NCBI RefSeq assembly: GCF_003704095.1
Contig: NW_020846901.1
Location: 248,001 to 312,000, forward strand
DNA: 64,000 nucleotides
Direction of reading: 5' to 3'
From: Pocillopora damicornis
Taxonomy: Eukaryota
Position 1 is the stretch's first letter. Each line of letters begins with the position of its first letter. A program made the translations under genes and the position numbers. This document shows positions 25,786 to 37,500 of this stretch, one piece after another. Under the pieces are notes generated by a model. The model did no database searches, was not told the origin of the DNA, and was given only the letters and a program-made list of their open reading frames with translations.

Positions 25786-26989
25786 TTGAATTTCTTCGTC
25801 CTTCGACAGTGAGATGAATTACACTGAAACTTGTAAAATAGACTTAATTGAATTTATTTGGGTGAAATATGTATGGCCTGTGGGAGAGCTGGGTAGAATC
25901 TAGATACCATAGGGAAAATTTTTAATAATGAAATAATCAGGTGGCAAAGCTTACAAAATGCCATGTGCCTTGTTTATATTTTGCTCTGAAAGAGAAAATT
26001 TCGTATCATTATCATAATTTAAGGTTCTCAGAGCACACGCGCACGAACGAACATGAAGCGTGCGTGTCATCAATTTTCTTCCAGCCTGAACGGAAAAGTC
26101 GCTTGTAACGTGAATGAAAAGGACTATCTGGCTCCTTTGAGCCCTTTGGGAAGAGGTTAAATCAGCGTGACCCTTTTAAATTATACAGAGTGTATTTGCA
26201 AGGAGGAGAATGCTAATATGTGGTTTAATCTCTTTTTGGAAAATCATCCGTGAAAAGAGATCTATTTTGGTATGTATGGGAGTTACTCGGTTGAGTGAAG
26301 TATTTTATGCAAAATGATTGACCTATTTTTACTTTGTTCATTAAAAAAAAAAACAGAAAGAAGGAAAAAAAAACTTCGTAGATATGACGCGATCCTTTCG
26401 CTCCTTGCCATTAAAAGAGGCTCATAATATAGTGGCGAGTTTTTATCTAATTTACAGTCATTAGTACAAACGATGACAATTCGTAACACTGTTATGACCA
26501 ATAAAGTTTATCAGCACTGTGATAAACTGCGTCCCTCTTTTGGTTCAATGAGTAAATCCCTCTGGTGACGGGATTACATTTTCATTTATTTACAGTAACA
26601 GGAAAGTGCACCGGGAATCCTTCTGTGACGCATAAGATGAACGATTTGTGACAAACATTTCCATGAAATATTAATTGACCTTTCTCATGTAACAGACCAT
26701 TTAAATACAGATGAAATTTCTACCCTTACTTTCTGGCGTAAATTACCAAAATCTTGCAAAAGCTACTGAGAGATATATTACTAAAACAATAAATAAAAAC
26801 CACTTGTCCTCGTTTTTTAGAAAGGACATCTTGAACTTGGACTGTAAGTCTATATGAGTGGTAAACTGCAACACCGCAACACCGCTTTTTTCTCGCTTTC
26901 ACGCTGCCTCCTAATCAATGTGCTGCACGTTTATTTATAAGCTTTTTTTTTACGGTTACTAATACTGTCCCTTAATACATCTCGCTTAG

Positions 26990-29927
26990 CTACTGGTGAT
27001 AAACTGATGTTATGGTATTGTCTTTCCCCGCAGTCTCATCGCCTTCAGGTCCTTGATAGAACTTCTCTTTTCCAAGGATTCGCAAGCCAATGGGACGCAA
27101 GACTTGTTTAAGGTACCCATGAACGTTCAAGCCTCTTGCTCCTAGCGTTTGAGGGGCCATGTTGTAAAAGCTCTTCAGTGGGGACATGAGAGAATCAGCC
27201 AAATCATGATCCACAATGTCAGCGTAACACGATACCCAAACACCGTCCACGATCATGGTCCCTTCTTGGGTAACTGGTGCAAAGGCACCAAATCTTTCAG
27301 CCGTCGAGACTGACATAACCTTCCTTGCAATAGGAGCATGGTACGTTGGAACGTGAACGAGGATGTAGTCACCTGGTTTGATTTGGGATGCATGCACCGA
27401 GCGAAAGGTATTCCCTCCCAACTTAGCACTCAGAGGTCGGAACTCGAACACAAGATGAGCCTCACTGAGTGTGAGCTTGATGTAGTCTTCAGTAGTGATG
27501 GTGTAATAATGACCTGTGTAGGGAAGAAAATTTGAGCTGTATCTGTATCTTAAATGTTTTGTCCTTGAGAGTCTTTTCAAATACAAGTCTCCCAGGACTT
27601 TTATTAGTACCAAAATAATATTGGTTCTGTAGCAAAAGAGAAAAAAAAAACAGAATGCAATTGGTGATTAAATCTGAAATATGAGAATTTGGAAGCCAAT
27701 CAGATTACAAGGATAACCAGTCATTTCCAAGTAAATGTAATAACGGCAAACACCCTGTCAAGGAGAACTTAAAAATAAATAAAAAGTTTAGGAGACAAAT
27801 ACAAAGATGTAGGAATAAATTATTCAAGTGTACCACCTACCCTTGTGGTCAGGCGCTTGATCCAAGAAGGTAACCACATGACTAAAGACAACTTCGCCAC
27901 CCTTAGAAAAGGTCTTGACTGTGTCTCCAATGGCGAGCTCACTGATGGGAATCTTCTTCCCAGATCTGACCTCTACTTTAGCTTTCGAAGGGAAGCATGT
28001 TCCCCCGCCTGATTGCTTAACGTTGACGTCGATTACACAGCCATCTGATACAAAGGGGAAAGATTCATTAGCTAATTTACTTAGGTGTTTGACAAGCTAT
28101 AAGCCTTGAACCGTAATTTGCTTGATGAGGAAATTTCGACGGAATCAACTTAGATGGACGGGTTAGGGGACAGACTTTTCCTTAAGCTTTGTTCACTGAT
28201 ATGGGTAGCTATTTAAATGATTAGAATTGATACCAAATATGTTTTCGATAGCAGGGGTCGAAACCACCAATACTTAAAGAACATTTCTGCGTCAGCTTTG
28301 CTCCCGATATTTTTTTCCCAAACTGTAAATGCCCATCTAATTATCTCGTACCCAGACCACGTACGGCCAACCGAGGCAAGCTTTCAAATTGGAGGGCTCC
28401 TCGGCTAGGGTCAGGTCAGCAAGGATAGTCTACATGATAAAATCATTCAGCTCAGGCACTCTAATTGATTAAATCCCTAAACCCAAATGTTACTCCGACG
28501 TGCATCTTCCACTTACCTGTGGGAGCAGGCCACAGCTGAGCAGATATGAAATTTTTGTGTTTTAGGACACCTTTTGCTTGATGAAATCCATTCCCGTCCC
28601 ATAACAGAACGCTACAATCTTTGCTGTCATCTCCATCTTTGATGTCAACGAACATTATTCCCACTTGCCCTCGGAAAACTGCGGTATTGTTAGATACAAT
28701 AGGCTTACCAAATTCTTCCTTGAGGTACTCTAACAGAGGTGCTCGTTCATAGAAATAATGGTAGCCTTTCAGACCTTCCTTGCTTCCGTTCCTTTCTGTT
28801 GTGACGTTTAACACGGCGCTCATGCGCAATATGCATGTGGCGTTTGGATAGAATTTGAGCTCACGACTGTCTTCTGGGAAAAGGTACTCTTCAACATTCA
28901 AGCGGTTGTAAATTCCTCCATAATTTTTATCGCCAAGATACATTTTTTGAAGGATGGAGAAAGATGGCAGCATTTCTGTAGATGCAATGAAAGTGTTAAT
29001 GTCTTGAGACCGTAAAACTTTACACTTCTTACACACATATGTTTACATATTCATCGTGTAATAGAATTCACTTTGCTGCGGCCATAACCTCGGTTCGAAA
29101 TAAAGAGAGCACAGCGGGGCTCCTGGTCAAAGAACTTAAAAATTTTCCCGCGCAGATCTCCTCATTTCAAAGGGATGTGGGATTTAATTAGCGTTCGTTG
29201 AAAGAAATGAAACAGGCACTTCTCCGAAAAAAACCGATTAAGTTTCCATCGGCCGGCTGCTTTTTTCGCATCTAATACGTCTCATTGATTTCAGTAAACG
29301 ACGGCAGATTGGTATACGGAACCAGGCAGTGTATATTCATACAAAGTATTGGTATCACGAGACAATGAACATAAAAACTTGTCTTTATATCATGGTGCGG
29401 ATACCGAATTACGAGATCGCCAGAAAGTCCTCCCGTACCATTAGCCCTCAATGAAAATGGAACCACCACGAAAGTAACTAAATTGCGCATAAAGAAAAAT
29501 GAAAAAAAGCAATGCAGTAAGGTACAGTTAAAAGCATGTGAAAAACGTTTCCTGAGCAAAAGACTGTAGATGCAGCACGGAAGAGCAAAAATTCTAGTTA
29601 GCTTCAAAACTTAAGTTGGTGTATCGTATAAGGCTTCTGAGCCTAACTTATTTCTCATGAATAGTAGGTGGTGTCCTTATTTTAAAAACTAAACCCTCGA
29701 GGTCACAGTGGTGAATGGCAGGATTACAAGATCCCACGAAAGGCTTAATCGGGCTTAGTGATGTTTACATAAACCCCGCTGTGTATTACTAACTATGCGG
29801 CTGCCAACATCCACACTTAAGGGAGCCGATCAAACCGCCACAAATAGAGCATACAAGGACACTAATACTTACTGGTAAAGGCCACCGGAATATTAAGCAC
29901 AAGGAGTATCGCCACCATCACCTTCAT
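26990..29927 (-). CDS. Secreted Tae4-like (amidase-fold) domain fused to a Hedgehog-type Hint/Hog autoprocessing domain, 413 aa
   Basis: Exons 29927-29873 (signal peptide MKVMVAILLVLNIPVAFT), 28975-28517, 28044-27841 and 27513-26990. All introns are GT-AG in phase 1; 1242 nt open in total. Hint: GGGT|CFPSKAKV...ISELAIGDTV...VVTFLD...LTLSEAHLVF...ASQIKPGDYI...GAFAPVTQEGTMIVDGVWVSCYA, then an SRR-like HDLADSLMSPLK...VHGY. N-domain: LPSF...NATCILRMSAVLN...YFY...LLEYLKEEFGKP...FRGQVGIMFV...SVLLWDG...QLW. Confidence 0.9.
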
Positions 29928-31196
29928 GTTAGCCTCTTTTGTTTTTTCCTTCCTAAGCGGAGAAACGAACGAACTGCAAACAAACTCCTACAAATGCTGA
30001 AATGAGCTTTGAACATTGGCAGCGCTGTGTCATACTTGGAAACGTTCATAAATTATTAAGGAAGAATGGTCTGTTTTCGTGCGGTTCCCCATAGCATCGC
30101 AGGTGGCTTTATTTATCTTTCGGGCAAACGAAAAATACGTTTTGCATTTCGTGAATGTTTCCCTTGGAATAGAGGTTGATGGGAGTTGTCCGTTTTCAAA
30201 TATTCTGCCAGGGACAACAAATGTTTCGTCATTAACACCTAAATTGTGCTTTATTTATGGAAAAAAAGAGCTCGAGGTCGCAAAAAAATTGAATTGTTGA
30301 ACTAGAGAGAACTGGCAGGCAAAGTTGGGTCAACAACTAGATGGTGTGAAACAGTGGCAGATTGTTCAACTCCACATAAATTATTCACACATCAATGTTA
30401 CTCAGGGCGTTTTTCTGGCTGAGAGCCATACCACAACCTCAATGTTTTACACAATGCACGCAGCTCGGCTCCACGACAAAATTCTCTGACAAGCCTCGCC
30501 TTTACGGTCTCTCTCCTCAAACTTAAGGTACAGACACCAAACATATCTAATAAACTTTTGAAGAAAATGGATTGGTATGGATTTAGAAAATGGATACCGA
30601 AAAAACATCAATTTCCAAGAATGAAATATACAATAAGCAGGACATTTTATTTCATATAGGTTTTACAATTAAGTGTCTGGTATCTGGGGCAGTTAAATTC
30701 AGGACCTTAGTCTGTACTTATCGTTTTTCGAAAAACAAATACAAGGTTCTTTTCAGTAAAGAAGGATATTTCATACACTGCTCATAAAAAAATTCCGCAA
30801 AAGCTGCATACTTAAAGTCTGTTTTATGGAAGCAGAAGCGCCTCGCAAAAGATGGACATTCTGAAGTCAACCCTGAAAAAAATGATTACAAAAATAACGA
30901 TAAAGTAATAAAAAAGGTCAACAGCCGTCGAAACAAAGTAAAACACTGCTTGACGAAAAACTGAAATTCACCGGATAAACTGCGGACATAAATTTGATAC
31001 AACAAATAGCAACAGTACAAATTTCCATTGATCACCATTTCGTACACTGAAAAAATAAAAACTTGAAAAATATGACCAAAAATAATTTAACTTACCAAAT
31101 ATAAGTTACCTATGTATCAAGGCAATTTTCCCGAAGCCTTCGTTACATTACAATATTTACAAAGTGAATTCTATGACACGATGAATATATATATAT

Positions 31197-31475
31197 ATAT
31201 GCGTGTAAGAAGTGTAAAGTTTTTTGGAAGTGTAAACGGACAATACGAACATACAGAGAGAAAAAATAATAAGAAGCCAATTAAAAACCAAATAAAAATT
31301 AAAAACCTAATTAAAAACCTTTGCACGAATTGAGTCCGACTGCACATCGAGAGTGGGTCTCAGTTCTTGGATAAAAAATATTTCATAAATTAGGCAGTCA
31401 ATATATATTCATCATGACATTTTTACTATTCACTTGAAAATGACCGAAGTTTGGTCGAAACGTCGTGTTTTATCG
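31197..31475 (+). repeat. Interspersed repeat, possibly a Penelope-like pLTR remnant with a degenerate hammerhead-like motif
   Basis: Starts with a 27-bp block also present inverted at 29014-29040. Ends with CTTGAAAATGACC-gaagttt-GGTCGAAACG, a stem-loop flanked by hammerhead-like core words. Confidence 0.4.
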
Positions 31476-31558
31476 TTCATACAAATCCTACGTGTGTAGC
31501 CCGAGGAGCGACAATCAGATTACTTCTGCTGATTAAGACTGACTTGAGATTGTTCGGT

Positions 31559-34500
31559 TCATCTCTCAAAGATTGCAGCCATAAATCGAATGTCGGCGGG
31601 TTCCCATTTACCAGGCGCGTCTTCCTCGTGAACAAACATCAGCGATTCCTCCTTTAAAGTCCAAGGCGAACATTCGCCTGTCTGACGGCGACAAAAACTG
31701 TAATACCTCGCACTCTGTCGGATCCGTGTTACAACCACATAATGGTGCTGGCCATGTTTACTGTTGTCTTTACTCACAATAACTGGGTATCCTTTTTTCA
31801 GAAGATCGATGATCAAGTTTTTCCACGAGCCTGCCTTGCCTCCATGGTATCCTCGATGAATAACTTTAAGCTCTCGTCCCGGGACTTTCTCAAAGGCTTT
31901 CTTGATTCGCCCCATGTGAGCAGGGGAGGTTACTCCTCCACCATGGTGTGAACAATGCGATCCAAGCACGGAAAATATCCGTTGCGTCATGTTTTCTACC
32001 GATGTGTCCATTGTTAGAGGTAAATGAGCGGGCCAATCCAACATATTGTTCAGTGGTCTGTAAATGTAAGAAAAATTAGAGAGGATTAACCTAAACATCC
32101 TTTATTCATTTCCACACTTTGAAAATTCATGGTGTCACTTTCGTATGTAGAAAGAAAAACACCTTTGGATAGACTGTATATTGGAATAATGAGGACCTGG
32201 GATTGATTTAGTGATAAGAACAATTTTTTTCTGGGGGTGGGAGGAAGGTTTTAGCTCTTTGAAAATTAACAAAACTCCGACTACTCGAACAAACAACATC
32301 ATTCGCAACACGTCTTCACGTTTTTTCCTGTTTCTTTTCCCCCCCTGAAACCCACTATACTGATTCGCAAGCCAACGTGACTATGTAACATGCTGTCTCT
32401 GTTTGCTACGCTAAATCACTTCAACTACTCACGGATAACTTGAATTGTAAGTTCTAGCCGCCATATTATTGAAGTAACCGAGTATCTTTGCCCACGCCAC
32501 TGGACCCGAACCTGTCGTACACTGGCCATGATGATGCTGACGATACTTTGGGAGCAACTCTTCATGTGGTATTCCAAAGTGCTTGTTGGAGAAAGCACGC
32601 CGATGCCTTCTATTCTTCAAAATAATTCCATAGTTGATAACCATGGTCTGAGTCCCACGGGTCCGCAGTTCTACTTTAAAACGTATTTCCCTTCCACCGA
32701 GGTTTCTCCGAACAAAATTTTCGTCTGCGTCAACTTTAACTTTGATAAAACGATCGCCCGTCTTCGTCAGTTTGAAGAAACGTTTGCTAACCATACTGAT
32801 ATCTACATTTCCGTCACTATCACACAAATCACTTAAAACGCGACAAAGTCGTTTCTGCCAACGTTTCTTGCCGCTCTTTGCTTTTATCCAATCACCATCC
32901 CGAAGGCCGACGAACTTGACACGAACATCACGAAAGCCCTCGCCGAGAGGAATCCGAACCGAGTCGCCCGGTTGCAGTCCCAGCTCTGCTTTGAAACCAT
33001 CTTCAGTTTCTTCCACTTCGAAGTTATACTCCGTTTCTAGGTTAACAGATGATTCATGTGTTGGCGAGGTTGTGATTGGTTCAACTAGAGTTGTAGGCTT
33101 TGTGCTAACGTCTGAAAGCAAAAAAAATACATTCAAACGGCAGGCAATCACGTCCTAAACACTAAGAATAAGTCTTAGCATAAATAAACATTAATGGCGA
33201 CCATTAAGACTAAAAGATCCCGTACACAACATACATGTTACTGTAAAAGAATGGCCTAGCGACAACCAACCGACAATCGGTAAACAGTCGGTTGATTGTC
33301 GGTCGACTATCAGCCGACATTTCTTTTCCGTGTTGAGCTGTCTATCACACCGCCCATTAACCCAACTCTTAAACAGCATACGTGATGAGTCCTTTTTTTT
33401 GAAAGAGAGTTCCAAAGATCGGCAGAGGGAGAGGGAAAGGGGAGACAAACCTGAGGTTTTCCTTTTGTATACAGAGACTCGATTTCCTCCAAAAGTTTCA
33501 TAAGCCACTAACAAAAAGTGTAGAATAAAGCAGTGGGTGGGGGTACACGGTCACATCATTCATTACTTACCCCCTACCGCCATGGACAGCCACTCGAACC
33601 TGTTCCACTCTGGCGTCTTTTTCAAACGCTCTGCTTGTTCTTTCCATTCTCTCTCCATGTTGGGTAACTTCCTCGTTACTTGTTTGTCCAGGTGTCTCCA
33701 ATCAATATCCTATGTAACAAGAACGCATGAGAGCGAGCACACGCAATGGGTACAGTTTCCCACTATTTTCCATTGCGAATTTTGATTCATATCAAACGGA
33801 ATCGTTTATCTGATACTTTTCTTCTATTTTCTACATGACGATGAATTGATATTGCGGGGAGATGTTACTTATCAGTCACATTAGAAGTGAGATGGTCCAG
33901 GCACCTCCTCAGTTAGCCTCACACAGGTTATAGTGCGATGGAACTATCATTTTCTTTAATTCTCTTAAATTCGCCGCAAACATACCAAATAATCGTTTAT
34001 GCCTCTAATGCGGTTGCAACGAACACAAAGAAGGAACAAATTGTTTCCGGGGTTGTTTACAAATACTTTGCACACCGAAGATCTCTCGAGCCGTTAATGA
34101 CTTCTTTTGCTTTAACTTTTTGAAATTGTTTTTCCGCAGAGAAAAAAAAAAGATTTTTAATATGGCTATCACAATTACTGGTGGACCCAGTAGTTTACAT
34201 TGTGGGCCAGACAACATGAAAGAGAGAGTAACAAATACACCAAATAAACATAGAGTGCTTGAAAATCCCGGCTGACGGGAGGCAAACCAGTAGGCTTTCT
34301 ACACAGCACAGCTAAGGAGTCGACCTCGGGGCGATCGAGAACAATCCAGTGAGTGGCAGGGTGGAGGACTTGAACCTAGGACCACCAGATTACAAGTCCA
34401 GCGCCCTAACCACTCAGCCACGCCGCCCTATTATATGTGACATCCATTACCTTAATCCCGACTTCTAAATATCTGTAACTGATCTGTTTTTCTTATGGAG

Positions 34501-37500
34501 AACCGTCAGCCTTTAAGTTGGTAAAAGTGTTTGAACTATAGAGTTGGTGATCTTAATCACTAAAATCCTATGTTAATCCTTAAAACCATACTTACATATT
34601 ATACGTAATCTTCGTTAATCATTGTAAGTATGCCAAAAAGTGTTATCGCGTTACTTAAGCCGTCGGCAAAAAATGACTTCCATTATCTCGAACTGTGCTA
34701 AACTCTTATGATTACCATCTCCCATTATTCTCCTCTCGCTTAGCCTGTTCATTGTCGACCACGTCCTCGATTACGATTTTCTTTTAAGACCTATTTGACA
34801 GCTTAGGAAAGCTATGGCTCTTCCTTGAAAAATGCTTTCATGCGGCCTTGATGTCTTCATCTTCCAAAATGTTTTATTATTGGCCTTATCTGGGGGGCCT
34901 ACAAGAGTTGCTCGGCTCGGTGGGACTTCTCTCTCTCGCGCATGTGCTGGTCTGTTTTGCCCAACGGCTAGAGTTGCGTATGGTTTTAATTCAAGTCATG
35001 GTTTTAGCTTATAAAGGCTCAGAAAAAGGTAAAAAAATGGTACATACGGTAGAATCTGTATCAATGTTCCTTGTGATGGCGACCATTTTGTTTACATCAG
35101 TATCTTCACATGCCATGAGACCATCAGGTCTTAGGCGATAGACTCTGTGACAGCCATATCCATGACTGTTGGCTTGGGCTGTAAGTAGGTCTGAAGGACT
35201 TGGTAAAGATCCTTCTTCAGCAAGACGATGATCTCCCGTCTGTCTAGCTGTACAAATAACAAAACTTCATTCATCATTCACACAGCTCTTCACTGTTAAG
35301 CCACTGCTACCAACAGCCAATAGTTTCATTTTGGTTCAAGCTATTCAATCCTATTCCAGCTGTTTTGTTTAACCATAGCATACTAGGCCCTTATAAAAAC
35401 TGTAGTTGATAAGTACCAAGTCACATCTCGCTTGTAAACTTAACTCTAAGCCCTATTTTTCAGCATATAAATGTGTGATAACTGGGTCCTCTCATCACAC
35501 AGCAGGCACAAGAGCCTATTAACCACACATTCAGCTGTTCTGTTTATTAATTTACCCAGAAAACCACAAACAGTTTAGCTTCATGAAATAAAGCCACTTT
35601 GGGACGAAATTAGAAGCTTTATACCTGGCCAATTACTAGTATATGCTCTCTCGTTCAGTTTATTCATGTAAATTTACACCCATTAAAACAGCTTTTGGTG
35701 TAACAATATCACCACTTCAAATTCAAATTTGGTTAAAGTGTTCTTTATCTAAGCAGTGTTTGCTTTTTTTTTTAAGTCAGAGATTAGCTCTTCAACTCAG
35801 CTAAAATAACCAGAGTTGGTGCCCACATTATTGAGGTGTTGCCTGATTAGAGGTGCCTAAATGCAGTGTCATTCTAAACAGGATGTTATACACTCTATGA
35901 ACACAAACCGGCTGAGATGATCACATATTTTTCTCCAGTTTTTCCATTGATTTTCGCTTCCCAGTATGCAACATAATTATGTGGGAGATCCTTCCTGAAA
36001 ATTGGCCTTAAACCCATGATGTCATCTTGGCTGATAGCATCTGACAAAGTGTAAAATTCCTCCTGAGTTTCCCAAGAAACATCGTCTGTGCCGCACCAAA
36101 ATGTACTGGAGGATTCTGAATTATTTAATACCCTTGGAGGATCTGTAATCTTGATGCCATCTTCACCATATTTCCATTGCATGGATCTGTTTTTGTCCCT
36201 GTGAATATGAAATAAAATTAAATAACCATGTTCAAGAAAATTGACAGTCGCTCCAAATAGATTTATAAATCGATTGCTCTTTGTAACTTTTTTTTAATCT
36301 TGTTCTTAGTGTCTGAATCACCACTGATTTCATTAATAACATGTGTCAGGCTCTTAGAATCAAAGCAAATTTGCCAGAAATTTCCACAATTCTAAATTAA
36401 AAGGTCATGTTCATGCATCACTTTATAAACAAAGATGGCATGCAATGAGTCAAATGAAATATTGATTTGCCATCTGTCTAGAACAGTATCTTTCTCCCTT
36501 TAAATATTGCCTTTTTTCTTTCTTTTCTCTTTTGGCTATGCACTGTATTTCTGCATCAAGGAATACAAAACAAGTGAAATCTCTCAAGACCCTCTTACAA
36601 TTGTGGAATTTGTTCAAGAACAAAAGGAAATACTCATACTCAAAGCTAATCCATGAAGGGGAAACATCTGATAACACTTAATATGCTCATATCTAAATTT
36701 TTTCTAATAAATCCTCCTTAACTTTCTGGTTTTACCATCTGAAGACCTCTTCATATAGTCTAGTCAGACTGGTGGGTCAAAATTTAAAGACTGCCCCCTT
36801 CTAATCTTTCTTTGCTGAAATCTCTGAGTGTTTACAGCAGAGGTTGGCTAACCCTGTTGCCAAGAGGCTAGTTTTTACAGAGGCCACAACCTTCACAAGG
36901 CAGGAAAATTCCCCATATATGCACAATAAACTAGTTACCAGGATGACATGTAAAATATTGCAAATTGTTCATGCAAAAAATTAAGTGAGTCAAGTTCTCA
37001 TTTTAACAGGACTATGTCTCCATTCAGTAGCTAAGGTGGATCCATTCAGTAGCTGAGGTGGATATGAATCAAATACAAAGACTTCTCATTAACCAAGCTT
37101 GCCCTACTGCCCAGCTCTGATGACGGGGCTCTTCATTGGTTCCATTCATCCTTTGATATTCCTGCTATTGTAACATAAACTGGCATGTGCCTCACTATTG
37201 AATTATAACCTTATCTTTTGACAAGCCACTGAGTAGATCCATTCATAGATAATATTAATCCATAATGAAACCCTATGAAACAATGTCTGACAGGTTTTTT
37301 CATTAAATTGTGTTGATTTCATCTTGGGCAGAATCAAAATGCCTCTGATCTGACTTACAAGAGGCTTAATCCACAGAGACAAATTACTTTAAAAGCTAGG
37401 TTTGCTCTTTTATCTGGTTATGCTTAGCTTTAATTAGAAAGGTAAATAGTATACTTGATTGGGTATGCGAAGCATTTCCCATTGGTGCATTACTCTTGTT

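Noticed and set aside
28461-29036. Bacterial contamination or a stand-alone prokaryotic tae4 ORF
   Set aside because: The domain is bounded by canonical splice sites in phase with a signal-peptide exon and the Hint exons. It sits among intron-containing animal genes, and no adjacent immunity (tai4) gene is evident.
26990-29927. True hedgehog (hh) gene or a mobile intein
   Set aside because: There is no Hedge signalling-domain motif upstream of the Hint domain. There is also no C-terminal His-Asn, extein junction or homing endonuclease; the domain ends in Hog-type SCYA plus SRR.
32528-33158. Plus-strand ORFs of 102 and 138 aa, and similar antisense ORFs over the synaptotagmin, ARID3 and orphan exons
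   Set aside because: They are shadows of real coding exons on the opposite strand or in another frame.
33269-33303. ACCGACAATC...GATTGTCGGT hairpin as an ncRNA or CRISPR-like repeat
   Set aside because: It is a single intronic imperfect palindrome, likely a transposon remnant, with no repeat-spacer periodicity.
34355-34428. Functional tRNA-Thr gene
   Set aside because: Acceptor-stem pairing is poor and the sequence continues into a SINE-like body.
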